This document shows, piece by piece, positions 38,667-48,556 of a DNA stretch of 64,000 bases. Origin of the DNA: an uncultured Luteimonas sp. (GTDB lineage Bacteria; Pseudomonadota; Gammaproteobacteria; Xanthomonadales; Xanthomonadaceae); assembly GCA_938008415.1 (NCBI GenBank), contig CALLKI010000063.1:5348-69347 (forward strand), given 5' to 3'. How positions within the stretch are numbered: the stretch's first letter is position 1; each line of letters opens with the position of its first letter. Position numbers and translations under genes: made by a program. Under the pieces are notes generated by a model. That model searched no databases. It worked only from the letters and a program-made list of their open reading frames with translations, and was not told where the DNA came from.

Positions 38667-39284
38667 TCAGCTCCGCAGCCCCGCGGCCGCGAACTTGATC
38701 AGCTCCCGGGCGGCCCGCTGCCGGTGGGCGGCCTCGCTGACGTCGGGAGGCCGCTTGATCAGGCCGAAGTCGGCCATGGCATAGGTCAGGGCGCCGGCGA
38801 GGAAATCCAGCCGCCAGTACAGCACTTCCTTGCCGAGGTGGGGCAGGCAGGCGGCGATCGCCCTGGCGAACTCGCGCTGCACGTGGCCGTAGTGGTCCGA
38901 CAGGAACCTGCGCAGGCGGTCGTTCTGCTCGGCATACGCCCGGGCAATGACGCGGATGAAGGCGCCGCCGCCGTTGCGGTCCTGGGCCATGGCCAGCGCC
39001 GGCTCCACGAACGCCGCCAGGATCGGTTCCAGCTCCCCCGGGTGGCTGGCCTGGGCTTCGCGCAGCTTCTCCAGACGCATCCGGCTCATCTGGTCCATCC
39101 GCCGGCGGAAGACCTCGTTGACCAGGTTCTCCTTGCTGCCGAAGTGGTAGTTGACCGCGGCGATGTTGACGTCGGCCCGGCCGGTCACCTGCCGGAGCGA
39201 GGTCCCGGCGAAGCCGTACTGGGCGAACAGTTCCTCCGCCGCGCTGAGGATCCGGTCCTTGGTCGAGAACTGGTGGCCGCCCAT
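38667..39284 (-). CDS. TetR-family transcriptional regulator, PsrA-like (fatty-acid degradation regulator)
   Basis: HTH ILSAAEELFAQYGFAGTSLRQVTGRADVNIAAVNYHFGSKENL. It lies 22 nt upstream of the fadB-like gene and is preceded by a PsrA-type palindrome. Confidence 0.85.
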   Translation of the reverse strand: MGGHQFSTKDRILSAAEELFAQYGFAGTSLRQVTGRADVNIAAVNYHFGSKENLVNEVFRRRMDQMSRMRLEKLREAQASHPGELEPILAAFVEPALAMAQDRNGGGAFIRVIARAYAEQNDRLRRFLSDHYGHVQREFARAIAACLPHLGKEVLYWRLDFLAGALTYAMADFGLIKRPPDVSEAAHRQRAARELIKFAAAGLRS

Positions 39285-39308
39285 CCGCCTCCCCCGCGGA
39301 TCACTGAA

Positions 39309-39324
39309 TCAAACGATTGTTTGA
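39309..39324. promoter_or_regulatory. Candidate PsrA-type operator
   Basis: TCAAAC-GATT-GTTTGA is a perfect 6-bp inverted repeat with a 4-nt spacer, 25-40 nt upstream of the tetR start. It fits the remembered PsrA consensus (G/C)AAAC-N2-4-GTTT(G/C). Confidence 0.55.
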
Positions 39325-39418
39325 AGGGTATGCCCACCGCCGCCGGCGGTCAAATCGGCCGGGGTGACTCCCCGCGGGGGCCGGCCGTCAGGTAGAATTG
39401 CTCCCAGCCATGTCGGCT

Positions 39419-39445
39419 AAACCCGCGTCCCCACGCGGGTTTTTT
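39419..39445 (+). terminator. Orphan intrinsic terminator in the tetR/ndk divergent region
   Basis: AAACCCGCG-TCCCCA-CGCGGGTTT is a 9-bp stem whose 3' side runs into a T6 tract (39440-45). It is plus-strand specific and no upstream plus-strand gene exists. Confidence 0.6.
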
Positions 39446-39512
39446 CCATGTTAATCTGGCCATCCGCCCGGGGCGCCGGGCGGTGCGGCCCCCTGCCCGG
39501 AGAGAACCATCC

Positions 39513-39938
39513 ATGGCGCTGGAGCGCACCCTTTCGATCATCAAGCCCGATGCCGTCGCCAAGAACGTCATCGGCGAGATCTATTCCCGTTTCGAGAAGG
39601 CCGGCCTGAAGATCGTCGCCGCGAAGATGAAGCACCTCACGCGCAAGGAAGCCGAAGGCTTCTACGCCGTGCATCGCGAGCGCCCGTTCTTCAACGCGCT
39701 GGTCGAGTTCATGACCAGTGGCCCGGTGATGATCCAGGTGCTCGAGGGCGAGAACGCGATCGCGAAGAACCGGGAGCTGATGGGCGCGACCAACCCGAAG
39801 GAAGCTGCGCCGGGCACGATCCGCGCCGACTTCGCCGAGAGCATCGACGCCAACGCGGTGCACGGTTCCGACGGCCCGGACACCGCTGCCGTGGAGATCG
39901 CGTACTTCTTCTCCACCACGGAACTGTGCCCCCGCTGA
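39513..39938 (+). CDS. ndk: Nucleoside diphosphate kinase
   Basis: [15 protein letters not shown]. The active-site His lies in [15 protein letters not shown]. Confidence 0.97.
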   Translation: MALERTLSIIKPDAVAKNVIGEIYSRFEKAGLKIVAAKMKHLTRKEAEGFYAVHRERPFFNALVEFMTSGPVMIQVLEGENAIAKNRELMGATNPKEAAPGTIRADFAESIDANAVHGSDGPDTAAVEIAYFFSTTELCPR

Positions 39939-39957
39939 GGGAGGATGACCTGACCCC

Positions 39958-41121
39958 GTGAACGACGTCGCGGCCAGCACGAAGCAGAACCTGCTCGACC
40001 TCGATCGCGAGGGCCTGGAGCGCTTCTTCGCCGAGCAACTCGGCGAGAAGCGCTTCCGTGCGCACCAGGTGATGAAGTGGATCCATCACCGGCACGTCAC
40101 CGGCTTCGATGAAATGACGGACCTGGGCAAGAGCCTGCGCGCACGGTTGCGCGAGGTCGCCGAGGTGCGGGTGCCGCAGGTCCAGTTCGAGAAGCCGTCC
40201 GCCGATGGCACCCACAAGTGGCTGATGGCGATGGACGGCAGCAACGCGGTCGAGACCGTCTACATCCCCGACAAGGGGCGCGGCACGCTGTGCGTGTCCT
40301 CGCAGGTCGGCTGTTCGCTCAACTGCACCTTCTGCTCGACCGCGACCCAGGGGTTCAACCGCAACCTGTCCACCGCCGAGATCATCGGCCAGGTCTGGGT
40401 GGCCGCGCGCCACCTGGGCAACGTGCCCCACAGGCAGCGCAGGCTCACCAACGTGGTGATGATGGGCATGGGCGAGCCGCTGATGAACTTCGACAACGTC
40501 GTGCGCGCGATGAACATCATGCGCGACGACCTCGGCTACGGCCTGGCCAACAAGCGGGTCACGCTGTCGACCTCCGGCGTGGTGCCGCAGATCGACCGCC
40601 TCGCCGAGGCCTGTGACGTCTCGCTCGCGGTCTCGCTGCACGCGCCCAACGACGAACTGCGTTCGCAACTGGTGCCGCTCAACCGGAAATACCCGATCGC
40701 CGAGCTGATGGACGCCTGCGTCCGCTACGCCCTGCGCAGGCGCGGCGAGTCGGTCACCTTCGAATACACACTGATCAAGGGCGTCAACGACCAGCCCGAG
40801 CACGCGCGCCAGCTGATCCGGTTGATGCGCGATTTCGACAACCGGGTGCAGCGGAAGGATGCGGCCAAGGTCAACCTGATCCCGTTCAACCCGTTCCCGG
40901 GCACGCGCTTCCAGCGCCCGGACGAGGCCGAGGTCCGCCGCTTCCAGAAGCTGCTCAACGAGGCCGGGCGCATCGCCCCGGTGCGCCGCACCCGAGGCGA
41001 CGACATCGACGCCGCCTGCGGACAGCTCAAGGGGCAGGTGATGGATCGTACCCGTCGCCAGGCCCGCTTCCGGCAGGCTCTCGGCGGGGCGGCGGAGGAG
41101 GGCGTCGATGCGGCTGCGTGA
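39958..41121 (+). CDS. rlmN: Dual-specificity 23S rRNA/tRNA m2A methyltransferase RlmN (radical SAM)
   Basis: GTG start with a GGAGG SD. Motifs [11 protein letters not shown], the radical-SAM [10 protein letters not shown], and a C-terminal DIDAACGQL. Confidence 0.95.
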   Translation: MNDVAASTKQNLLDLDREGLERFFAEQLGEKRFRAHQVMKWIHHRHVTGFDEMTDLGKSLRARLREVAEVRVPQVQFEKPSADGTHKWLMAMDGSNAVETVYIPDKGRGTLCVSSQVGCSLNCTFCSTATQGFNRNLSTAEIIGQVWVAARHLGNVPHRQRRLTNVVMMGMGEPLMNFDNVVRAMNIMRDDLGYGLANKRVTLSTSGVVPQIDRLAEACDVSLAVSLHAPNDELRSQLVPLNRKYPIAELMDACVRYALRRRGESVTFEYTLIKGVNDQPEHARQLIRLMRDFDNRVQRKDAAKVNLIPFNPFPGTRFQRPDEAEVRRFQKLLNEAGRIAPVRRTRGDDIDAACGQLKGQVMDRTRRQARFRQALGGAAEEGVDAAA

Positions 41122-41917
41122 GGTCGCGCCCGTCTCCCTGCTCGGCGCCGCCTGGCTGGCGGCGTGCTCGACGACACCGGCCTACGTCCGGCCGGGAGAT
41201 GACGGGGCGGCCGCGGTGGCCGAGGCGCGGGTCCACGCCAGGCCCGGCGACCGCGCCAGGGCGAACCGGCTGCTGGCTTCTTCGCGGCGCAAGTCGGAGG
41301 CGGGCGACCTCGACGGCGCGCTGGCCGACGCCCGGGCGGCGCAGAAGGCCGATCCCTCATGGGTCGACCCGCACACCATGATCGGCCTGCTGGCCAACGC
41401 GCGCGGCGATGCCGCGACCGCGGGCAGGCACTTCGCCATTGCCGCCGGGCTGGCGCCCCGCGACGCCGCCGTGCTCGGCAATTACGGGGCATGGCTGTGC
41501 GCGAACGGGCGTGCCGTCGAGTCGCTCGACTGGTTCGGGCGCGCGGTTTCGTTCGCCGCAGCGCCACAGGTGCGCGCCGACACCCTTGCCAACGCCGGCG
41601 CCTGCGCGCTCAAGGCCGGGCAGGCGGACGAGGCCGAGCGGGCCGCCCGCGCCGCACTCGGGATCGATGCCGGGAACGCGGTGGCGCTGGAGACGCTGGC
41701 CCGCAGGTACTACGACGCCGGCCGCTACTTCGAGGCGCGTGCCTTCGCCGAGCGCAGGCTCGAGGCGGCGCCGGCGACGCCGGAAGTGCTCAGACTTGCG
41801 TCACAGATCGAAGAAAAACTCGGCGACACTGTCGCCGCCACTCGCTATGTTGATCGCCTGAGGACGGAATTTCCGCAGGCGAGGATCGCCGGGCCAGGGG
41901 AAGCCGAAACGCCATGA
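41108..41917 (+). CDS. pilW: Type IV pilus biogenesis/stability TPR lipoprotein PilW (PilF of Pseudomonas)
   Basis: Lipobox AAWLAACS, with TPR-like repeats. It occupies the rlmN-rodZ position as in pseudomonads and xanthomonads. It overlaps rlmN by 14 nt. Confidence 0.78.
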   Translation: MRLREVAPVSLLGAAWLAACSTTPAYVRPGDDGAAAVAEARVHARPGDRARANRLLASSRRKSEAGDLDGALADARAAQKADPSWVDPHTMIGLLANARGDAATAGRHFAIAAGLAPRDAAVLGNYGAWLCANGRAVESLDWFGRAVSFAAAPQVRADTLANAGACALKAGQADEAERAARAALGIDAGNAVALETLARRYYDAGRYFEARAFAERRLEAAPATPEVLRLASQIEEKLGDTVAATRYVDRLRTEFPQARIAGPGEAETP

Positions 41918-42714
41918 TGCCGTCCAGCCACGACGTGCCTGAGATCGAACTTGCCTGCAGCGAGCGCCTGCGCAAGGCCCGGGAAGCCCGGGGACTGACG
42001 CTCGAGGAAGTCTCGAAGCAACTGAAGATCCCGATCCGCGTCCTCCGTTCGCTCGAGTCGGGGGAGTGGGCGAAGGCAGACGCCCAGGTGTTCGTCCGCG
42101 GCCAGTTGCGCAGCTACGCGCGCCTGCTCGGCGTCGACCTCGGCGACATCCCGGCGCTCTCGCAGGCGCGCCCGGTCGAGCCGAGCCCGATCGTGCCCAT
42201 GACCTACACCCCGCCGCTGCGGCGCTTCGCCGAGAAGGCCATGGGCCGAGCGGTCTACATCGTCATCACCGCCCTGATCGCGGTGCCGGTGTGGATGGCC
42301 ACGCGTTCCCACATCGGCGTGCCCCGGCAGACCGCGACCCTCGACACTGCATCGCTGCCGGCGGAGTCCACCGTGTCCGGCCGGCCGCAGCCGCTGGTGG
42401 CCTCGATGGCGGCGATAGCGCCGCGCCCGAAGGAAAAGGAGCCGGACTCCACCGGGCTGAGCCTGCGTTTCGAGGACGAAAGCTGGGTCGAGATCGTGGG
42501 CGAGGACGGCAGGAAGATCGAGCAGCGCCTGTTCAAGGCCGGCGAGCGCCGCGACCTCGAGCCGGGCACGTCCGCCAGCCTCGTCATCGGCAACGCCGGC
42601 AAGGTCGAGGTGCGCGTCGGCGGCGCCGTTCAGGATCTGTCGCCCTACCGCCGAGCGGACGTCGCGCGCTTTAAGGTATCCTCTGACGGATCCCTCGCCC
42701 CCGTTTCCGAATGA
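41914..42714 (+). CDS. rodZ: Cytoskeleton protein RodZ (HTH + TM + DUF4115)
   Basis: ATGA overlap with pilW. N-terminal HTH (LRKAREARGLTLEEVSKQLKI), a single TM (VYIVITALIAVPVWMA), and a C-terminal beta domain (LRFEDESWVEIVGEDG...). Confidence 0.82.
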   Translation: MMPSSHDVPEIELACSERLRKAREARGLTLEEVSKQLKIPIRVLRSLESGEWAKADAQVFVRGQLRSYARLLGVDLGDIPALSQARPVEPSPIVPMTYTPPLRRFAEKAMGRAVYIVITALIAVPVWMATRSHIGVPRQTATLDTASLPAESTVSGRPQPLVASMAAIAPRPKEKEPDSTGLSLRFEDESWVEIVGEDGRKIEQRLFKAGERRDLEPGTSASLVIGNAGKVEVRVGGAVQDLSPYRRADVARFKVSSDGSLAPVSE

Positions 42715-42850
42715 CGGAATGAGGCAGGGCGGCGGCCCGCGCCCGCGGGCCGCGGACAGTCCCTGCAGGCCACGCGCCGCACGCAGGCCCACCACCGCGC
42801 AGGCCCGTGGATGACGCCATCCCGTGCCGGCGCCAGCACGACACTGCCAG

Positions 42851-43480
42851 ATGGCGATCGAACTGCTCGACGAACACGAACAAGGCGAAAAGGTACGCAA
42901 GTGGTTGCGCGACAACAGCCTCGGGCTGGTTGGCGGCGTGGCCCTGGGAATCGCGATCATCGGCGGCTGGAAGTGGTGGCAGGACCACCTCTACCGGCAG
43001 AAACTGCAGGCGGCCGATGCCTACCAGGCCTTCCTCGACAGCATCGAGGCGGGTGACATCGGGAAGGCCGCCGCGGCCGCGGCCGGCCTGGCCGATGGCG
43101 CCTATGCCGGCCTGGCCGCCCTGGCGCTTGCCAAGGCCCAGCTCGACGCCGGGAAGCGTGACGAAGCCATCGCCACGCTGCAGGGCGCACCGGGCGACGA
43201 TCCGGTGCTGGCTCCCGTCATCCGCCAGCGCCTGGCGCGCCTGCTGGTCGACGCCGGCAGGGGCGGGGAGGCGCTCGCGCTGCTGGACGGTGTCGACGAC
43301 GCGTTGTCGCACGAGGCCCGGGGCGATGCCCTGTTCGCGCTGGGGCGGGCCGACGAGGCGCGCGGCGAGTACGAGGCCACGCTCAGGCAGCTCGACGTGG
43401 CCGCGCCGCACCGCCGCCTGCTCGAACTGAAGCTCGCCGAGACCGGGGGCAAGCCGGAAACGCCGGAGGCGCAGTCCTGA
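42851..43480 (+). CDS. YfgM-family (ancillary SecYEG-associated, TPR-like) membrane protein
   Basis: MAIELLDEHEQGEKVRKWLRDNSLGLVGGVALGIAIIGGWKWW is the typical YfgM N-terminus plus TM. It lies immediately upstream of bamB. Confidence 0.75.
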   Translation: MAIELLDEHEQGEKVRKWLRDNSLGLVGGVALGIAIIGGWKWWQDHLYRQKLQAADAYQAFLDSIEAGDIGKAAAAAAGLADGAYAGLAALALAKAQLDAGKRDEAIATLQGAPGDDPVLAPVIRQRLARLLVDAGRGGEALALLDGVDDALSHEARGDALFALGRADEARGEYEATLRQLDVAAPHRRLLELKLAETGGKPETPEAQS

Positions 43481-44694
43481 TGACTTCCCATTCCGTTCCC
43501 GCGGCGGGGCGCGCGCTGCGCATCATCGCCGTCATCGCGTTCGCGTTCGCCATGGCCGGCTGCAGCACCGTCAAGGGCTGGTTCGCCGGCAAGGACGACG
43601 ACGAAAAAGCGGCCAGGAAGAAAAAGAACGAGCCGGCCGAACTGGTCGACTTCACCCCCGGCATCGGCGTTTCGCGCCTGTGGTCGGCCAGCGCCGGCAA
43701 GGGCGAGGGGCGGATCGGTGCACGGCAGGCGCCCGCGGTCGCCGGCGGCCGGGTGTACGCGGCCGCGCTCGAGGGGGGCGTGCACGCCCTCGACCTGCAG
43801 ACCGGCGCACGGATCTGGAAATACGACTCCGATCTGCCGCTCAGTGGCGGGCCGGGCGTGGGCGGCGGCCTGGTGGTGGTCGGCAGCCTGAAGGGCGACG
43901 TGATCGCGCTTGATGCGGATACGGGCGCCGAGCGCTGGCGCGCCAGGGTACCCAACGAGGTGATCTCCGCGCCGACCATTGGCCAGGGGCTGGTGCTGGT
44001 GCGTTCCAATGACGGCCGGGTGACCGCGTTCGACGCCACCAGCGGCGAGCGCCGCTGGTTCTGGACCGTGGACGTGCCGCCGCTGAGCGTGCGGGGCAAC
44101 GACTCCCCGGTACTGGGCCCGGGCCTGGCCTTCGTCGGGAACGACGATGGCACGCTCGCAGCCATCGCGCTGGCCGATGGCCGCCTGCTGTGGAGCCTGC
44201 CCATCGGCCAGCCCGACGGCCGCTCGGAGCTGGAGCGCATGGCCGACGTGGATGGCGCCCCGGTGCTCGACGGCTCCATCCTCTACGCCAGCAGCTACAA
44301 GCAGCAGACCCTGGCGATCGACGGGCCCAGCGGCCGGCCGATCTGGGCCAGCGACAAGGGCGGCCCGAACCGCGTCGGCCTGTCCATCGACAAGGTGATC
44401 GTCACCGACGCCGAGGGTTCGGTCTGGGCGATCGACCGCAGTTCCGGTTCGGTGGTCTGGCAGCAGCCCGCGCTGGCGCGCCGCAACCTCACCGGCGTGG
44501 CGGTCCAGGGTGATTACGCGGTGGTCGGCGACTACGACGGCTACCTGCACTGGCTGCGCCTGGACAACGGCGAGTTCGCCGCCCGGGCCCGGGCCGGACG
44601 CGCCGCGATCCGCGGCACCCCGGTCGTGGAGGACGGCATTCTCGTGGTGCAGACCGTGGAAGGCGACGTCAGCGCCTGGCGCATCGGCCAGTAA
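43480..44694 (+). CDS. bamB: Outer-membrane protein assembly factor BamB
   Basis: TGATG junction with the yfgM-like gene. Lipobox AFAMAGCS. PQQ-like beta-propeller repeats (G.V.ALDA.TG..RW). Confidence 0.9.
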   Translation: MTSHSVPAAGRALRIIAVIAFAFAMAGCSTVKGWFAGKDDDEKAARKKKNEPAELVDFTPGIGVSRLWSASAGKGEGRIGARQAPAVAGGRVYAAALEGGVHALDLQTGARIWKYDSDLPLSGGPGVGGGLVVVGSLKGDVIALDADTGAERWRARVPNEVISAPTIGQGLVLVRSNDGRVTAFDATSGERRWFWTVDVPPLSVRGNDSPVLGPGLAFVGNDDGTLAAIALADGRLLWSLPIGQPDGRSELERMADVDGAPVLDGSILYASSYKQQTLAIDGPSGRPIWASDKGGPNRVGLSIDKVIVTDAEGSVWAIDRSSGSVVWQQPALARRNLTGVAVQGDYAVVGDYDGYLHWLRLDNGEFAARARAGRAAIRGTPVVEDGILVVQTVEGDVSAWRIGQ

Positions 44695-44780
44695 GGCACC
44701 CGCTGGCATCGCGCACCGGCCCCGGGTAGCCTCGCTGCCCGGGGCCCGCGTTTCCGGCTCCCCATTTCACCAGGACACCC

Positions 44781-46181
44781 ATGCTCCCGCTCGTTGCCCT
44801 CGTCGGACGACCCAACGTCGGCAAGTCCACGCTGTTCAACGTGCTCACGCGCACGCGCGACGCGCTGGTGCACGACGAGCCCGGCGTGACCCGCGACCGG
44901 CACTACGGCGTGTGCCGGATCGATGGTGCGCGCCCGTTCGTGGTGGTGGACACCGGCGGCATCGCCGGCGAGGACGAGGGGCTGGCCGGCGCGACCGCGA
45001 AGCAGGCCCGTGCCGCCGCGGAGGAAGCCGACCTGGTGCTGTTCGTCGTCGATGCCCGCGAGGGCGCCACCGCGCTGGATGACGACATCCTGCAGTGGCT
45101 GCGCCGTTCGGGACGGCCGGCGATCCTGGTCGTCAACAAGATCGACGGCGTGGACCCGCAGGCGGCGCTGGCGGAGTTCGCCCGCTACGGCATCGCCGAC
45201 GTCTTCACGGTGTCCTCGGCGCACCGCCAGGGCATCGGCCCCCTGGCCGAGGCGGTGCAGGCGCGGTTGCCGGAACGGGGCAGCGCCCAGGCGCCGGACG
45301 ACGATCCCGAACGCATCCGGGTGGCTTTCGTCGGCCGTCCGAACGTCGGCAAGTCCACGCTGGTCAACCGCATCCTCGGCGAGGAGCGGATGATCGCCTC
45401 CGAGGTCCCCGGCACCACGCGCGACTCGATCTCCGTGGACATCGAGCGCGATGGCCGCAAGTACCGGCTGATCGACACCGCTGGCCTGCGCCGCAGGTCG
45501 CGCGTCGAGGAGGCCGTGGAGAAGTTCTCCGCGGTCAAGACCCTGCAGGCCATCGAGCAGTGCCAGGTGGCTGTGGTCCTGATCGATGCCAGCGAGGGCG
45601 TGACCGAGCAGGACGCCAGCGTGCTCGGCGCGGTGCTCGACGCCGGGCGAGCGCTGGTGGTCGCGGTCAACAAGTGGGACGGGCTCAGCGCCTACCAGCG
45701 TGAGCAGACCGGGGCCATGCTGTCGCGGCGGCTGTCGTTCGTGCCGTGGGCGGAAGTGGTGCGGATCAGCGCCCTGCACGGATCCGGCCTGCGCGAGCTA
45801 TTCCGCGCGATCCACCGCGCGCATGCCTCGGCGACGCGACAGTTCAGCACTTCCGAAGTCACGCGCGCCCTGGAAGCCGCGATCCAGGCCAGCCCGCCGC
45901 CGGCGGTGCGTGGCCATGCCCCCAAGCTGCGCTACGCGCACCCGGGCGGCGAGAACCCGCCGACCATCGTGGTCCACGGCAACCGCCTGCGCGCGCTCCC
46001 CGAGTCCTACCACCGCTACCTCGAGAACTTCTTCCGCAAGCGCTTCAGGCTCGTCGGCACGCCGGTGCACTTCGTGTTCAAGGAAGGCGACAACCCGTTC
46101 AAGGACAGGAAGAACGAGCTGACCGAACGGCAGATCAAGCGCCGGCGCCGGCTGATGCGGTTCGTCAAGCGCCGCAAGTAG
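44781..46181 (+). CDS. der: Ribosome-associated GTPase Der (EngA)
   Basis: Two G domains ([12 protein letters not shown] and [12 protein letters not shown]) and a basic KH-like C-terminus. Confidence 0.96.
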   Translation: MLPLVALVGRPNVGKSTLFNVLTRTRDALVHDEPGVTRDRHYGVCRIDGARPFVVVDTGGIAGEDEGLAGATAKQARAAAEEADLVLFVVDAREGATALDDDILQWLRRSGRPAILVVNKIDGVDPQAALAEFARYGIADVFTVSSAHRQGIGPLAEAVQARLPERGSAQAPDDDPERIRVAFVGRPNVGKSTLVNRILGEERMIASEVPGTTRDSISVDIERDGRKYRLIDTAGLRRRSRVEEAVEKFSAVKTLQAIEQCQVAVVLIDASEGVTEQDASVLGAVLDAGRALVVAVNKWDGLSAYQREQTGAMLSRRLSFVPWAEVVRISALHGSGLRELFRAIHRAHASATRQFSTSEVTRALEAAIQASPPPAVRGHAPKLRYAHPGGENPPTIVVHGNRLRALPESYHRYLENFFRKRFRLVGTPVHFVFKEGDNPFKDRKNELTERQIKRRRRLMRFVKRRK

Positions 46182-46183
46182 GC

Positions 46184-46786
46184 ATGGGGGCTGGCATGGC
46201 CGGCATCGGGCGCGACGGCATCACCCTGGGCATCCTCGCCGGCGGGCGCGCCACGCGCCTGGGCGGCCGCGACAAGGCCTGGTTGCGGCGGGACGGCATC
46301 TCCCAGGTCGAGCGCCTGCAGCGGAAGTTCCGCGGGGAGGTCGCGCGCGTGCTGGCCAGCGCCAACCGCGGGCCGGAACGTTATGCCGCGCTCGGAATCG
46401 AGGTGGTCGCCGACCGCGTCGAGGGCTTCGGCCCGGTGGCCGGTCTGCATGCGCTGGCCCATGCCTGCGCCACGCCCTGGCTGTTCACCGTGCCGGTGGA
46501 CGTGGTCGACCTCAACGAATGCCTGCTGCGCACGCTGGTGGCGGCCGCGCGGGGCAATGGCGCCTGTGCCGTGGACGACGACGGTCCGCAGCCGCTGGTG
46601 GCGCTGTGGCGGACACAAGCCCTGCGCGCGGCGTGCGCGGACGCGATCGCGCGGGACCTGCATGCGGTGCGGGTGCTGACCGACGCGCTGGCGATGGCGG
46701 AATGCCGCTTCGAGGGCGTACGCTTCGGCAACCTCAACACCCCCGAAGACCTGGCGGCCGCGGGCATCGATGCCGGGCCGGATTGA
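46184..46786 (+). CDS. mobA: Molybdenum cofactor guanylyltransferase
   Basis: In-frame ATG at 46184 (alternative at 46196). The N-terminal signature is GILAGGRATRLGGRDKAWL. Confidence 0.85.
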   Translation: MGAGMAGIGRDGITLGILAGGRATRLGGRDKAWLRRDGISQVERLQRKFRGEVARVLASANRGPERYAALGIEVVADRVEGFGPVAGLHALAHACATPWLFTVPVDVVDLNECLLRTLVAAARGNGACAVDDDGPQPLVALWRTQALRAACADAIARDLHAVRVLTDALAMAECRFEGVRFGNLNTPEDLAAAGIDAGPD

Positions 46787-46790
46787 GGCG

Positions 46791-48017
46791 ATGACGGAAC
46801 CGTTTCCCAGCCGCATTTCCTATGCCGAGGCGCTCGCCATCGCCACGCGCGTCGCCGCCTCGCGGCGGCTGGCGGCCGAGCAGGTGGTGCTGTCACGGGC
46901 ACACGGCCGCGTGCTCGCCAGGGACGTGGTGGCCACGCGGTTCCTGCCGCCGTTCGACAACGCGGCGATGGACGGCTTCGCGTTGCGGCACGCGGACCTG
47001 CCTGCCTCCGGCGAGGCGGTGCTGCGCCTGTACGGCGAGCAGTTCGCGGGAGGCACGCCCGTGCCCGGACCAGGGCCGGGCGGGTGCGTGCGCATCACCA
47101 CCGGCGCGCCGATGCCGCCGGGCACCGACACCGTGGTGATCCGCGAGAACACCATGGAGGAGGACGGTTCGGTGCGCATCCTCCAGCTGCCGCGCGCCGG
47201 CCAGAACGTGCGCATGAAAGGCGAGGACGTGCGCCCCGGGGACCCGCTGCTCGCCGCTGGCGAGGTGCTCACGCCCGCGCGGATCGCGCTGGCCGCCGCG
47301 CAGGGCCTGGCCGCGCTCGAGGTGGTGCGCCGGCCGACGGTCGCGGTGGTTACCACCGGCGACGAGCTGGTCGAACCCGGCCTGCCGCTCGGCGAGGGCC
47401 AGCTGTACGACTCCAACCGCGGGCTGCTGATGGGCCTGCTGCATGCCGACGGTCTGGACCCGGTGGCGCTGCCTTCGCTGCCGGATGATCCGGGGCGGAT
47501 CGGATCCGCGCTGCGCCAGGCGGGCGAGGCCTTCGACGTGGTGCTGACCTGCGGGGGCGTTTCGGCGGGCGAGAAGGACCACCTGCAGGCGCTGCTGCGG
47601 CTGCATGGCCAGGTGCATTTCTGGAAGGTGCGGATGAAGCCTGGCATGCCGGTGCTGTTCGCCGGCGGTGGCGGGTTCGGCCCGGCGCTGTTCCTGTGCC
47701 TGCCGGGCAATCCGGTGTCGGTGCTGGCGACGTATGTGGCGCTGGCGCGGCCGCTGCTCGACGCGATGCAGGGGCGCGCCGCGCGCAGGCGCTGGCGGGC
47801 GCGGCTCGATGCGCCATGGCACAAGCGGCACGAACGGCTGGAGTTCCTGCGCGGCATCCTGCGGCCGGGCGACGACGGCACGCTCCGGGTGGAGCCGAAC
47901 CCGGCCGACGGTTCGCACCGCCTGCGCGCCGCGGCCGACGCCGACGTGCTGATCGTGCTGGACGAAGGTGCCGGCACGTACCCGGCCGGCAGCGTCGTTG
48001 ACGTGCTGCCGGTCTGA
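46791..48017 (+). CDS. moeA: Molybdopterin molybdenumtransferase
   Basis: Motifs PPFDNAAMDGFAL, TGAPMPPGTDTVV, TTGDEL and GGVSAGEKD. Confidence 0.9.
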   Translation: MTEPFPSRISYAEALAIATRVAASRRLAAEQVVLSRAHGRVLARDVVATRFLPPFDNAAMDGFALRHADLPASGEAVLRLYGEQFAGGTPVPGPGPGGCVRITTGAPMPPGTDTVVIRENTMEEDGSVRILQLPRAGQNVRMKGEDVRPGDPLLAAGEVLTPARIALAAAQGLAALEVVRRPTVAVVTTGDELVEPGLPLGEGQLYDSNRGLLMGLLHADGLDPVALPSLPDDPGRIGSALRQAGEAFDVVLTCGGVSAGEKDHLQALLRLHGQVHFWKVRMKPGMPVLFAGGGGFGPALFLCLPGNPVSVLATYVALARPLLDAMQGRAARRRWRARLDAPWHKRHERLEFLRGILRPGDDGTLRVEPNPADGSHRLRAAADADVLIVLDEGAGTYPAGSVVDVLPV

Positions 48018-48149
48018 CCACGCGGACGGAACCGGCCGCGGTGCGCTCAGGCGGCGTGCCGCCTGTCCCCGCGGGAACGGGCGGGTGGCGCGGTGGCGGT
48101 TTTCCTGCTGGAAGCCGGCGGCCGGGCGCCTTCCCGCCCGCGGGCCGGA

Positions 48150-48533
48150 TCAGCCCGGGTACGCGCGGTATGCGGCGATGGCCGCGCCCAGCGCGAGGAC
48201 GAGCAGGGCGAGCGGCGCGGCCCAGAACGCGGCGAAGGACAGCACCATGGCCTTCCCGGGCGCCTCCCGGGGGTAGACGACCCGGTACGTGGACCGGGCC
48301 TTCCTCGCTGTGCTGCCGGGGGCGGCGACGAACTCGTATTCCCGGTCGTCGTGCGCGGTGAAGCGGACGACGGGATGGAAATGGCTGCCACGGATCCCGC
48401 TGGTCTCCCGGCGGACGAACCGGCCGGTCGCACGTGTGCCGCGCACGAGGAGCAGGACACGCCGTACCAGTACGGCGGTGCCGGTCGCGGCGAGGATGCA
48501 TGAAACGGCAACGATGCAGGCGAATCCGGTCAT
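48150..48533 (-). CDS. DUF3592-like small membrane protein
   Basis: It is the last 127 codons of ORF 48150..51962, with the ATG at 48533. It has N- and C-terminal TM helices flanking HPVVRFTAHDDREYEFVAAPGS...YRVVYP, the pattern I associate with DUF3592. Confidence 0.6.
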   Translation of the reverse strand: MTGFACIVAVSCILAATGTAVLVRRVLLLVRGTRATGRFVRRETSGIRGSHFHPVVRFTAHDDREYEFVAAPGSTARKARSTYRVVYPREAPGKAMVLSFAAFWAAPLALLVLALGAAIAAYRAYPG

Positions 48534-48556
48534 GGCGCCACCGGCGGAGTCAGGCT

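Noticed and set aside
34973-38698. 1241-aa plus-strand ORF covering the fadA/fadB/tetR region
   Set aside because: It is antisense to three genes with clear thiolase, dehydrogenase/hydratase and TetR motifs. The sequence is low-complexity (G/A/R/V/H/L) with no recognisable domain.
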